Assembly: GCA_945919375.1 (NCBI GenBank)
Contig: CAMEJD010000002.1
Location: 35,643-99,642 of the forward strand
Length of the DNA: 64,000 bases
Source: an uncultured Clostridia bacterium
Lineage (GTDB): Bacteria > Bacillota > Clostridia > Christensenellales > UBA1242
Direction of reading: 5' to 3'
The notes under the pieces are model-generated. The model saw only the letters and a program-made list of their open reading frames with translations, made no database searches and was not told the DNA's origin. The position numbers were made by a program, and so were the translations under genes. Below are positions 36,436 to 46,161 of the stretch, piece by piece. Within the stretch, counting starts at the first letter, position 1. Each line of letters begins with the position of its first letter.

Positions 36436-38663
36436 TCGAACATTTCCTTTACTTTTTGATTTGCTGTTATCAAAAAATCTTTTAGCATTGTAAATCTTGT
36501 TTGAGTGTATACATTTGAAATCATACGTTTTAGATTTTTCTTTTCGCCCACCAAAACAACCATTTTCTTTGCTCTTGTTACTGCTGTGTAAATTAAATTT
36601 CTTGTAAGAATAAGTCCTGTTCCTGCAATGATTGGAATAACAACAACATCAAATTCACTACCTTGGCTTTTGTGAATTGTAATTGCATATGCAAGTGAAA
36701 GTTGGTTTAATTCGGTTCGTGGGTAAACACATTCTCTGCCGTCTTCAAACCAAACAATAGTTTCCCCTGTGAACCTATCAATTTTGTGAATATATCCAAT
36801 ATCACCATTAAACACGCCGGCACCTTCTTCGGTGTAGTACATATCTCGTTTTTTCCAAACAATATCATAATTGTTTGATGTTTGCATGACCTTGTCGCCT
36901 TCCCTAAATATTGTTGCCCCCACCATTTGTTCCATTTTTGTGTAACTTGCTGGGTTTATTTCTTCTTGCAAACATTTGTTAAGGTTTTCAATTCCACACA
37001 CTCCTGCTTTTAGTGGTGCAAGCACTTGTATTTTTGAAACATCTATTTTTTGAAAAGCAGGAATTCTTTTTGTAACCATCTGAATTATTGTGTCTTTTAT
37101 TTCATTCAAATCACTTTTTTGGTCAAAAAAGAAATCGTTTGACGAATTGTCAATAACCGGCATTTCGCCATCATTTATCATATGTGCATTGGAGATAATC
37201 AAACTTTTTTCACTTTGTCTGAATATCTTTGTTAAAAAACTTACATTGACTATTCCACTCTTTAGAATATCATCAAGAACATTCCCCGCTCCAACACTTG
37301 GCAATTGGTCTTTATCCCCAACAAGTATAAGTTTGCAATCACGCCTTAATGCCTTTAATAGTGAGTTCATAAGCATAACATCAACCATACTAACTTCATC
37401 AACGATTACAACTGTTGCATCAAGCGGGTTTTGCTCGTTATGAACAAATGTATTTTTGCCACCCCTAAAATCAACTTCAAGCCCCCTATGAATTGTTTTT
37501 GCTTCTTCGCCTGTGCTTTCGTTTAGTCTTTTTGATGCTCTGCCTGTTGGTGCAAGCAACATAACCTTGTTACCTTGTGCACGTAAAATTTCCATAATAC
37601 ATTTTATTATGGTTGTTTTTCCTGTTCCGGGACCACCAGTAATCAAACTCACTCCATTTGCAATGCTTGTTTTGATGGCTTTTATTTGGTCGCCATCAAA
37701 TTTGATTTTGTTTATATTTTCAAAGTGCTCAATATCTTTTGTTATATCTTTATCGGTAAGTGTTGCACTAACTGAAAGCAATGCCAATTTTTGTGCAACA
37801 CTTGTTTCTACAAAATAGTATTTTGTTAGCATTACAACATTATGTGGTTTTTTGAAAAACATTGTAATAACCTTGTCAAAAGCAAGATTATCAAGCACAG
37901 CCAAAAAGTCGGCTTCTCTTTCGTCTTTGTCAAGCCCCAAAAGTTTTGCCAAACTTTCAAGTAACACTTCTCTTGGCATATATGTGTTTCCGTTCTTTTC
38001 GCTATTTTCGTTGAGTATATGCAAAATGCCTGCTCGCATTCTAAAAGGACTATCATATTTTATGCCCATAGTTTGAGCAATTCTATCTGCAGATGAAAAC
38101 CCAATGCCATCTATATCTTCAACAAGTTTATAAGGATTTTCCTTTACTATATTGATAGTCTTATCTTTGTATGCTTCATAGATTTTTAGTGACATATTTG
38201 TTGTAATGTTGTAACTTTGCAAAAACATTACAGTGTTTTGTATTTTTTTTAATTCCGAAAACGACTCGCCAATTGCTTGTGCTTTTTTGGGACTTATTCC
38301 TTTTACTTCGCTCAATTTATCTGGCGTAAATTCAATAACTTGCAAAGTGTCTTTTTTGAATCTATCAACAATGTTTGATGCAGTAACCGGCCCTATACCT
38401 TTAATAAGTCCACTTGCCAAATATTTTTTTATTCCATTTATGGTGTTTGGATAAATAACTTCACTTGTATCAAAACTGAATTGTTCGCCATACTTTGCAT
38501 TTGTAACAAACTTTCCGTCAAGGCGGACATTTTCGCCAACATTGACCGACAAGAATTTGCCAACAATGGTTGTATATTCTTCGCCATGAGAAAGCATGGC
38601 TACGGTGTAGCCATTTTCTTCATTCCTAAAAATAATTTCTTCTATTGTCCCTTCTAGTACCAT
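36432..38663 (-). CDS. recD2: RecD2-type SF1B DNA helicase.
   Basis: 743 aa. N-terminus GTIEEIIFRNEENGYTVAML, HhH segment IKGIGPVTASNIV, Walker A ITGGPGTGKTT, then VIVDEVSMVD, LVGDKDQLPSVGAG and AITIHKSQGSEFD. Confidence 0.88.
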   Translation of the reverse strand: MVLEGTIEEIIFRNEENGYTVAMLSHGEEYTTIVGKFLSVNVGENVRLDGKFVTNAKYGEQFSFDTSEVIYPNTINGIKKYLASGLIKGIGPVTASNIVDRFKKDTLQVIEFTPDKLSEVKGISPKKAQAIGESFSELKKIQNTVMFLQSYNITTNMSLKIYEAYKDKTINIVKENPYKLVEDIDGIGFSSADRIAQTMGIKYDSPFRMRAGILHILNENSEKNGNTYMPREVLLESLAKLLGLDKDEREADFLAVLDNLAFDKVITMFFKKPHNVVMLTKYYFVETSVAQKLALLSVSATLTDKDITKDIEHFENINKIKFDGDQIKAIKTSIANGVSLITGGPGTGKTTIIKCIMEILRAQGNKVMLLAPTGRASKRLNESTGEEAKTIHRGLEVDFRGGKNTFVHNEQNPLDATVVIVDEVSMVDVMLMNSLLKALRRDCKLILVGDKDQLPSVGAGNVLDDILKSGIVNVSFLTKIFRQSEKSLIISNAHMINDGEMPVIDNSSNDFFFDQKSDLNEIKDTIIQMVTKRIPAFQKIDVSKIQVLAPLKAGVCGIENLNKCLQEEINPASYTKMEQMVGATIFREGDKVMQTSNNYDIVWKKRDMYYTEEGAGVFNGDIGYIHKIDRFTGETIVWFEDGRECVYPRTELNQLSLAYAITIHKSQGSEFDVVVIPIIAGTGLILTRNLIYTAVTRAKKMVVLVGEKKNLKRMISNVYTQTRFTMLKDFLITANQKVKEMFE

Positions 38664-38759
38664 TTGTATTATATTATTTTAATAGAAATAACAAAAAACT
38701 GCAACTAATATTCTGGTTTTTTGTTTGACATTAAAAATTAAAAACATTAACATTAAGTT

Positions 38760-39146
38760 ATGAGTATTTCAAGAAAAATTTTGGAAACAAAATCATTATG
38801 CCAAACAATATGCAGTCTTTCTCAAAACGAAGCAACACAAACTGAAATGAAATTGCTTTATTTTATTGATGAGTACAGCAACTGCTCCCCACAAATTTTG
38901 ATTTCAAAACTCGGGATAAGGAAAACAAACCTCGCACTTATCACAAAAAAGATGATAAATGCCGGACTTATTGTTTCAAAAAAAGGCACTTATGACCATC
39001 GTTCAATTTTTTATTCACTAACCCCAAAAGGAAAATCTATGCTTAATGAATACCTTGAAAACCTTGACAAAATCTTTCATGAACAAGATAGTATGCTTGA
39101 AAATAATTTAGATGAAATTTTAAAATACCTTAACAAAAAAATTTAA
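38760..39146 (+). CDS. MarR-family transcriptional regulator.
   Basis: 128 aa. Winged-HTH-like SPQILISKLGIRKTNLALITKKMINAGLIVSKKGTYDHRSIFYSLTPKG. No clear RBS, so the start is uncertain. Confidence 0.7.
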   Translation: MSISRKILETKSLCQTICSLSQNEATQTEMKLLYFIDEYSNCSPQILISKLGIRKTNLALITKKMINAGLIVSKKGTYDHRSIFYSLTPKGKSMLNEYLENLDKIFHEQDSMLENNLDEILKYLNKKI

Positions 39147-39237
39147 TTTTTAATATTGACTTTAATGCCGTCTTTTTGATATACTCAAAAAGACTTTTTT
39201 TATTAAATAAAAAAAATATTCTTTTGGAGGTAAATAA

Positions 39238-41268
39238 ATGGAAATTAGTCAAAGTGAACTTGACTTTCTTGCAATGGTTACCGATATTATTAAAAAAAAG
39301 ATTACTGACACAGAAAAAGCCAACAAAAAACTTTTGGAAAGTCTTAAAGAAAATATGTCGTATATGTGGGATAGCATTTACGAAATGGACAGTGCTGAAC
39401 GAGCATTTGTAAAAAATCAAATGTCTATGCTTGATACAACTCAACAACAAAACATCAAGGAACTTGTATCATACAGAGCATCATTAAAATCTCCATACTT
39501 TGGCGGAATTGATTTTGTCCGAGATAACTCCAATGAATTTCTTTCCTACAGAATCGGACTTAAAGGCATAAAGGTTGATACAAATGTTTATGTTGTTGAC
39601 TGGCGTGCACCTTTTAGCGAACTTTACTATAACTTTGATGTTGGCGAAGGATATTTTTTCACTGACGGGAACAAAGTTACCGGAAATATAAAAAAGAAAA
39701 GGCAATACAGAATTGAAAATGGCAAAATGATTTTTGAACTTGAAAGTGATGTAAAGATTGATGATAGCATTTTGCAAGAAGTTTTGGCAAAAACAAGCAG
39801 TGAAAAAATGAAAAACATTGTTTCCACCATTCAAAAAGAACAAAACGCAATCATAAGAAAAGAAACACAAAACAACATAATTGTTCAAGGTGTTGCCGGA
39901 AGTGGGAAAACATCAATCGCCTTGCATAGAATTGCTTACCTATTATATAAGCATAGAAAAACTTTGAATAGTAATTCCATTCTTATTTTGTCCCCAAACA
40001 AATTTTTCTCGGATTATATTTCAAATGTCTTGCCTGAACTTGGCGAAGAAAATATTGCAGAAACAACTCTTGACCAAATCTTGAAAGAAGAACTTAATAT
40101 TGAGCAAAAGATTGAAACAAAAACCGAGCAAGTTGAAAGACTACTTAATGACGAGTTTGAAGTAAAACTTTCAAATGTAAAAAACACAATGGAATTTTGC
40201 AAAAACATTCAAAAGTTTTGCAAAGACTACTTTGAAAGAGCATTTATTCCGCAAGACTTTGTATACAACAATTTTTGCATAGTCAAAAAAGAAGTTTTGC
40301 AAGAAAAATATTTTATCTCCTACAAAGATAGACCAGTATTTATGAAGTTTGAGTGGTTGAAAGACTTTATCAAAGATGAAGGACTAATTGAGTTTGAACT
40401 AAAAATTCCTAGAAGCGAAATTAACAGACAACTTGACAAAATGATGCAAAAATCTGATATATTTTCTGTTTATGACGAATTTTTAAAACAAAAATATAAC
40501 TCTTCATTTACTCTAAAAGACACAATAAAATTTGAAGATGCAGTTGCACTTTTGTATATAAAACAATATTTATATGGTTACACTTGTTTTAACAAAATAC
40601 AACATTTGCTAATTGATGAATTCCAAGATTATAATCCACTCACCTATCACATACTTTCAAAAATGTTCCCTTGCATAAAAACAATACTTGGGGATATTTC
40701 TCAAAATATTTCAGGAAGTCAAAGTGACCTATTAAAAAATCTTAAAGAACTTGACACATCAAGAGATAATGAACTTATTTCACTCAACAAGAGTTATCGT
40801 TCAACCTATGAAATAACAAGTTTTTCAAACAAAATAATTGGCAGAGAAAATGTTGAAATTGTAAACAGACATGGCGAGCCAATTCAAATTGCAAAATATA
40901 ACTCACTTGACCAAAAACTAAACTTTATTATATCTACTGTAAAAAAGATGTTGGAAAAAGGATACAAGTCAGTTGCAATATTAACAAAGTCAATAAAACA
41001 ATCAAGTGAACTAAACGAAGTTCTAAAACACAAATTGAAGTATTTTTATCTTTCACCAGAAAGTAATCAATTTGACGAGGGTGTAATACTTTCTTCAACA
41101 TTTCTTGTAAAAGGACTTGAATTTGATGCAGTCATACTTATTGACACCGACAGTGAAAACTTTTCAACCGAAATTGATAAGCAAGCACTTTATGTTGCTT
41201 CATCAAGAGCAATGCACGAACTTAAAATTCTTTTTGCAAACAATTTAACCAAATTTATCAAACTATAA
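39238..41268 (+). CDS. helD: HelD-like UvrD/Rep-family SF1 helicase, paralog 2.
   Basis: 676 aa with RBS GGAGG. Motifs VVDWRAPFSELYYNFDVG, GVAGSGKTSIALHRIAYLLY, LLIDEFQDYNPLTY, LNKSYRSTYEI and GLEFDAVILI. Confidence 0.75.
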   Translation: MEISQSELDFLAMVTDIIKKKITDTEKANKKLLESLKENMSYMWDSIYEMDSAERAFVKNQMSMLDTTQQQNIKELVSYRASLKSPYFGGIDFVRDNSNEFLSYRIGLKGIKVDTNVYVVDWRAPFSELYYNFDVGEGYFFTDGNKVTGNIKKKRQYRIENGKMIFELESDVKIDDSILQEVLAKTSSEKMKNIVSTIQKEQNAIIRKETQNNIIVQGVAGSGKTSIALHRIAYLLYKHRKTLNSNSILILSPNKFFSDYISNVLPELGEENIAETTLDQILKEELNIEQKIETKTEQVERLLNDEFEVKLSNVKNTMEFCKNIQKFCKDYFERAFIPQDFVYNNFCIVKKEVLQEKYFISYKDRPVFMKFEWLKDFIKDEGLIEFELKIPRSEINRQLDKMMQKSDIFSVYDEFLKQKYNSSFTLKDTIKFEDAVALLYIKQYLYGYTCFNKIQHLLIDEFQDYNPLTYHILSKMFPCIKTILGDISQNISGSQSDLLKNLKELDTSRDNELISLNKSYRSTYEITSFSNKIIGRENVEIVNRHGEPIQIAKYNSLDQKLNFIISTVKKMLEKGYKSVAILTKSIKQSSELNEVLKHKLKYFYLSPESNQFDEGVILSSTFLVKGLEFDAVILIDTDSENFSTEIDKQALYVASSRAMHELKILFANNLTKFIKL

Positions 41269-41281
41269 AAAGGGAATTAAA

Positions 41282-41665
41282 ATGCACAATAAATATCATT
41301 TTTCACTACATTTACAATTTAAAGATGATTGTAATGTTGACGAACTTGAAAAAGAAATCGGTTTACATGCATATAGAAAAAATATACTAAAGGATAGCAA
41401 AGGTAAAAACAAAACGGCAAAATTGTGGTTTAAAACAAAAAATTTTGATGCTCCCGACACCTACAATGTACTTGACAAATTTTTGGAAAGTTTAAAACCA
41501 AAATTTGAAATAATAAAAAAGGCAAACGAAAAATATAATGGCAGTACCACCTTAACCCTTTATTTTGATGAACTTAACGAAAAACCTTGTATAAGTTTGT
41601 CAAAAGAAAATATCCAATTGCTCGCTTTTTATGGTTTTGCTTTTGACACAGATTTTAGAATATAA
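41282..41665 (+). CDS. Small hypothetical protein, possibly DUF4279-like.
   Basis: 127 aa with RBS AAAGGGA, starting 13 nt after helD paralog 2. Pattern F.L......D.DE....G........KG........W.......D, ending F.FD.DFR. This is a weak assignment from memory. Confidence 0.4.
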   Translation: MHNKYHFSLHLQFKDDCNVDELEKEIGLHAYRKNILKDSKGKNKTAKLWFKTKNFDAPDTYNVLDKFLESLKPKFEIIKKANEKYNGSTTLTLYFDELNEKPCISLSKENIQLLAFYGFAFDTDFRI

Positions 41666-41670
41666 AAACA

Positions 41671-41703
41671 ACCCCAAGACTTGTTTGTCTTGGGGTGTTT
41701 TTT
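41671..41703. terminator. Bidirectional rho-independent terminator between the helD2 operon and the tetR-family gene.
   Basis: accccaagac (41671-41680) / gtcttggggt (41687-41696): a 10-bp GC-rich stem, with a T-run after it on the plus strand and an A-run before it. Confidence 0.75.
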
Positions 41704-42259
41704 AGTTATTTGTTTTTTTGTCAAATACTTCTGAAAGTCGAAATTGTTTTACAAGGTTAACAATGTTTTTTCCTATCTCTTCCAAAGTAAAATCCGACCT
41801 ATCTTGCAAATAGTCAAGATACATACCTGTTATTGCATTTGCAACAAAAGCCATATTAAATGCGTCAACTTTTGGATTTATTCTTCTAACTTCTTTTACA
41901 AACTCAATTTTAAGGTCATCTATCATTGACCTTGACACACCATTGACAACCTTTCTATATACATTTTCATTCTCTTTAAAGTGTTTTACAATTAAATTGA
42001 TAAATTGTTCAAAATCTTCAAAAGAAGCAATGCCCTTTAGTTCATTCAAAAGCATTTTCATTCTTTCGTTTTTTGACTCTTCTATAACTTCCATAACATT
42101 ATTATAATGGTTATAGAATGTTCCACGATTTATATTTGCCTTTTCAACAACATCTGATACAGTTATTGATGACAAACTACCCTTTTTGTCCAAAAGTTCA
42201 ATCACCGCATTCCTTATAAGTTGTTTTGACCTAATTTTATTCCTATACTCTTTTTTCAT
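41702..42259 (-). CDS. TetR/AcrR-family transcriptional regulator.
   Basis: HTH segment ITVSDVVEKANINRGTFYNHY. I prefer the start MKKEYRNK at 42259 (GGAGAG RBS) to the track start at 42289. Confidence 0.85.
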   Translation of the reverse strand: MKKEYRNKIRSKQLIRNAVIELLDKKGSLSSITVSDVVEKANINRGTFYNHYNNVMEVIEESKNERMKMLLNELKGIASFEDFEQFINLIVKHFKENENVYRKVVNGVSRSMIDDLKIEFVKEVRRINPKVDAFNMAFVANAITGMYLDYLQDRSDFTLEEIGKNIVNLVKQFRLSEVFDKKTNN

Positions 42260-42458
42260 TTTTCTCTCCATTATGTATTTTTTATACAATAATGCACTGT
42301 CTATTCAAAATTGAATATCATACACATATTTGTACTCAACATTCATTTTTTCTTGCCATATAATAACGCTGTATTCAAAATTAGTCAAGTGTATAAAATT
42401 GTAATTTTAACAATATTGGCTAATATGTACAAAATTAAAATTTAAGAAAGGAGAAAAT

Positions 42459-43391
42459 ATGAACATAATTGAAGTTGAACATTTAACAAAAGATTATGGA
42501 AGTGGTCGTGGCGTTTTTGATGTTTCATTTAATGTTCAAAAAGGCGAAGTTTTTGGCTTTTTGGGGCCAAACGGTGCTGGAAAAAGCACAACAATAAGAC
42601 ACCTTATGGGATTTAGTAAGCCAGATAGTGGCGACACAAAAATATTTGGCAAAGACACCTTTTTAAAATACAACGAAATTTTAGGAAAGGTTGGATATAT
42701 TCCCGGCGAAATTGCTTTGCCACAAGGACTAACAGGTTGGGAATTTATTAGAATGATTCAAGATTTAACCCATATACATAATGAAGAACAATTAAATAAA
42801 ATGCTTAAACTTTTTGAACTTGATGACATAACACTAAAAGGTGAAACAAAAAGAATGAGTTTGGGCGTAAAAAGAAAATTGGCAGTTGTAACTGCATTTA
42901 TGAGCGACCCAGATGTTTTAATCTTGGACGAACCAACAAGTGGGCTTGACCCCGTTATGCAAGAAGTTTTTATCAATTTTATTAAAGAAGAAAAAGAAAA
43001 AGGAAAAACAATTCTTCTATCCAGCCACATTTTTAGTGAAGTTGATGCAACTTGCGACCGTATTGCAATAATCAAAGATGGCAAAATTGTTTCACAGTTT
43101 GTTGCCAACGATTTAAAACATGCAACAACAAAATTTTATAAAATAGACTTTGCAAAAGATAAAGATTACAAAGACTTCCTTACAAAATACAGCAACAACA
43201 AAGCATTAAAAATCTTGAACAAAGACGACAAAGATTCTTGGGTGTTTATCAGCACAGAAGATAAAGATATAAACAAAGTTATTTCAATTTTATCACCTTA
43301 CGAGATAAAGGAATTTACAAACAAAAAAGAATCTCTTGAAGACTACTTTATGAAATTCTACAAAGAAGACAAGGAATTTGGAGGTGTTTAA
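42459..43391 (+). CDS. ABC transporter ATP-binding protein, first of a tandem pair.
   Basis: 310 aa. Walker A GPNGAGKSTT, signature-like MSLGVKRKL, Walker B ILDEPTSGLD. RBS AAAGGAGAAAA. Confidence 0.9.
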   Translation: MNIIEVEHLTKDYGSGRGVFDVSFNVQKGEVFGFLGPNGAGKSTTIRHLMGFSKPDSGDTKIFGKDTFLKYNEILGKVGYIPGEIALPQGLTGWEFIRMIQDLTHIHNEEQLNKMLKLFELDDITLKGETKRMSLGVKRKLAVVTAFMSDPDVLILDEPTSGLDPVMQEVFINFIKEEKEKGKTILLSSHIFSEVDATCDRIAIIKDGKIVSQFVANDLKHATTKFYKIDFAKDKDYKDFLTKYSNNKALKILNKDDKDSWVFISTEDKDINKVISILSPYEIKEFTNKKESLEDYFMKFYKEDKEFGGV

Positions 43392-44317
43392 TGGAAGATA
43401 AATCAACAAATGTAGACCCTATCGTAATTGAACATTTAACAAAAGACTATGGCGAAGGTCGTGGCATATTCGACTTTAACTTTACAATCAAAAAAGGCGA
43501 AATGATGGGTTTTGTTGGGACTAATGGTTCTGGCAAAACAACAACAATCCGTAGCATAATGGGATTTATTAAACCAACAAGTGGGCATGCATATGTAAAT
43601 GGTAAAGAAGCATATGAACATGCAAGTGAAAATACAAAGCATATTGGTTACGTTCCTGGTGAAATCGGCTTCCCTGACCTAAAAACTGGTACAAACTTTT
43701 TAAAAAGTCAAGCAGAATTTTTGGGACTTAAGGATATGAGTTATGCAAACGAGTTAATTAAGAAACTTCAACTTGACCCAAGAGCAAATCTAAAGAGAAT
43801 GAGCAAAGGTATGAAACAAAAAACAGCACTTGTTTCTTCCCTTATAAACAACCCTGACATTTTGCTTTTTGATGAACCAACAACAGGACTTGACCCACTT
43901 ATGCGACTTGCGTTTATGGACATCATAAAAGAAGAACACAAAAAAGGAAAAACAATTTTAATGTCAAGTCATATGTTCAACGAAATGGAAGATACTTGCG
44001 ACAGAGTTGCTCTAATAAACAATGGACACATAATTGATATTGTTGATATGAAAGATATTAGAAACAGACCTGTAAAAGATTTTAAAATTGAGTTCAACAA
44101 AAAAGAAGATTATGAAAAGTTTAAAAAACTTGATTACAAAATCATTCGTGACCAAGTTGAATATAACCAAGTAACTGTTGAGTTAAAGAAAGAAGATACA
44201 AGTAAGTTGTTTAATGATTTAAAGAACTATGATGTAAAATTCTTTAGCGAAGTAAAGTATACTTTGGAAAAATATTTTAAAGAAATCTTATTAAAAAAGG
44301 AGAATAAAAATGTTTAG
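43391..44317 (+). CDS. ABC transporter ATP-binding protein, second of the tandem pair.
   Basis: 308 aa. Walker A GTNGSGKTTT, then MSKGMKQK and LFDEPTTGLD. The ATG overlaps the upstream TAA; GGAGG lies upstream. Confidence 0.9.
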   Translation: MEDKSTNVDPIVIEHLTKDYGEGRGIFDFNFTIKKGEMMGFVGTNGSGKTTTIRSIMGFIKPTSGHAYVNGKEAYEHASENTKHIGYVPGEIGFPDLKTGTNFLKSQAEFLGLKDMSYANELIKKLQLDPRANLKRMSKGMKQKTALVSSLINNPDILLFDEPTTGLDPLMRLAFMDIIKEEHKKGKTILMSSHMFNEMEDTCDRVALINNGHIIDIVDMKDIRNRPVKDFKIEFNKKEDYEKFKKLDYKIIRDQVEYNQVTVELKKEDTSKLFNDLKNYDVKFFSEVKYTLEKYFKEILLKKENKNV

Positions 44318-46079
44318 TAAAGCGTTATATAAACAATCATGGAAAGCAAATGGCATTATGTGGTCAATCATCACATTTGCAGTATGCTTTATGCTTGCCT
44401 GTGTTATGCTCATTTCTGGAAGTGGAAGCATAGGCAATATGAAACAATCTATTGAAGACACAATAATAACTGGCGAAATAGATGCACAAATGGAAAGTAG
44501 AAGCATTAACTACTACTCTATCGCCACTGATGGCGAACAAAAATTTGATGAATATTTTGTAAAGAACTTTAAATCTGTAAAGACTTATGATGCTCTTGTT
44601 ACAAACTATTTAACACAAAAACTTTCTGGCGTAGATGCAGAATTTCCTACCCCACAACAAGATGATAATGCACAAGGTTTGTATGCTCTTGCAACACAAA
44701 CTTGGCTTCAATCAATGCCAACTGATCCAAGTGCACTTGCAACTTGGCAAACACAAAGACCAAACACAAATGAACAATTAGTTACATATGCTTACAAAGC
44801 ATCTCTTACTAACTTACAAAAGTATGAACAAGAAAAAGCATTACAAATAAATGAAAACTATGTTAAAGATTCTGATGAATCAAACGAAATTGTTGGTGCA
44901 AGTATATGTGCAGTTGACCCAAGTGCTAATGACACAATTAAAGAACTTTACACAAACAATAACGAAACATTACCTAGTATGTATGATGTAAATTCACTTC
45001 TTGCCCATATAACAGAAGAAAATGATGTATTTGAGTACAGGACAAGTGATGAAAGACTTTCTTACCTTCGTGAAAGAGCACAAAATTCAAGTGCAGTTTA
45101 TCTTGCCGGAAATATGACAACAGAAAAGAACAAAACAGCACTTATTAATGCTCTTTCAAGTTATGGAGTTACTCCAGAAAAATATGAAACATTTGGATAT
45201 ACATTCAGTTCAATAAATCACACAGCACAAACCACAATAGTTTCTTACCAAGGTAGATTTGATTATGAATTAGATTTAATCAATAAAAAATATACTCCTG
45301 AACAAAGAACAAGCGAAGCATATTTGAACGAAGTTAAAGAAATGAATGAGAAGTTGACAAAAGACCTTTCAAACAGTTTGCTAGATTCACTCCCAAAAGA
45401 AGTCTCAGACGCTCTTGAAGAAGTTGGGCAAATGGATTTGTATAGTTTAATTGTTGGTTCAATTTTCTATAAAATGGCTGGATTATTGCTCCCTATAATT
45501 TATATGATTATGGTTGCAAACAACCTTATTGCAGGTCAAGTTGATAGTGGCTCAATGGCTTATGTACTTTCAACTTCAACAAAGAGAAAACAAGTTGTAT
45601 TCACACAAGCAACATTCCTTGTTACATCACTTCTTGCAATGTTCACATGCACAACAATAACAAGTGCAATTTGTTTATCTATTGTAAAAACAGAAACTAT
45701 TACATTAACATATAGTGAACTTATCTTACTCAATGTTGGTGCATTTGTTACAATGTTTGCACTAAGTGGAATATCATTCTTGGCATCTTGCTGGTTTAAC
45801 CGTTCAAAATACTCAATGAGTATTGGTGGTGGACTTAATATGTTCTTCCTTGTTGCAACAATGTTAGGACTATTCGGTTCAAAAGTTCTTCCAAGTGTTG
45901 TAAGATTAAATGCCCTTAATTTCTTCAACTACACATCACTTATTTCATTATTTGATGTTATATCAATACTTGATGGAACAACAGCATTTATTTGGAAATT
46001 TGCAATCTTGATTGTAGTTGGACTTATCTGCTATATCGTAGGTTCAATAAAATTTCAAAAGAAAGATTTACCACTGTAA
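44310..46079 (+). CDS. ABC exporter permease with a large extracytoplasmic domain.
   Basis: 589 aa. One N-terminal TM helix, about 340 aa of polar sequence, then about 5 C-terminal TM helices. It overlaps the upstream ATPase gene by 8 nt. RBS AAGGAGAA. Confidence 0.75.
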   Translation: MFSKALYKQSWKANGIMWSIITFAVCFMLACVMLISGSGSIGNMKQSIEDTIITGEIDAQMESRSINYYSIATDGEQKFDEYFVKNFKSVKTYDALVTNYLTQKLSGVDAEFPTPQQDDNAQGLYALATQTWLQSMPTDPSALATWQTQRPNTNEQLVTYAYKASLTNLQKYEQEKALQINENYVKDSDESNEIVGASICAVDPSANDTIKELYTNNNETLPSMYDVNSLLAHITEENDVFEYRTSDERLSYLRERAQNSSAVYLAGNMTTEKNKTALINALSSYGVTPEKYETFGYTFSSINHTAQTTIVSYQGRFDYELDLINKKYTPEQRTSEAYLNEVKEMNEKLTKDLSNSLLDSLPKEVSDALEEVGQMDLYSLIVGSIFYKMAGLLLPIIYMIMVANNLIAGQVDSGSMAYVLSTSTKRKQVVFTQATFLVTSLLAMFTCTTITSAICLSIVKTETITLTYSELILLNVGAFVTMFALSGISFLASCWFNRSKYSMSIGGGLNMFFLVATMLGLFGSKVLPSVVRLNALNFFNYTSLISLFDVISILDGTTAFIWKFAILIVVGLICYIVGSIKFQKKDLPL

Positions 46080-46096
46080 AACACAAAAACAAATAA

Positions 46097-46128
46097 AAAA
46101 TACTCTCAAATTTCGAGAGTATTTTTTG
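46097..46128 (+). terminator. Rho-independent terminator after the ABC operon.
   Basis: aaaatactctc (46097-46107) / gagagtatttt (46115-46125), followed by a T-run. Confidence 0.6.
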
Positions 46129-46161
46129 TTATATTTTCATATAAAACAATGCACTACAAAT

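Noticed and set aside
39130-39888. Minus-strand ORFs 39130-39450 (106 aa) and 39484-39888 (134 aa).
   Set aside because: They are antisense to helD paralog 2 and the marR end, are F/K/I-rich, and are shadow ORFs.
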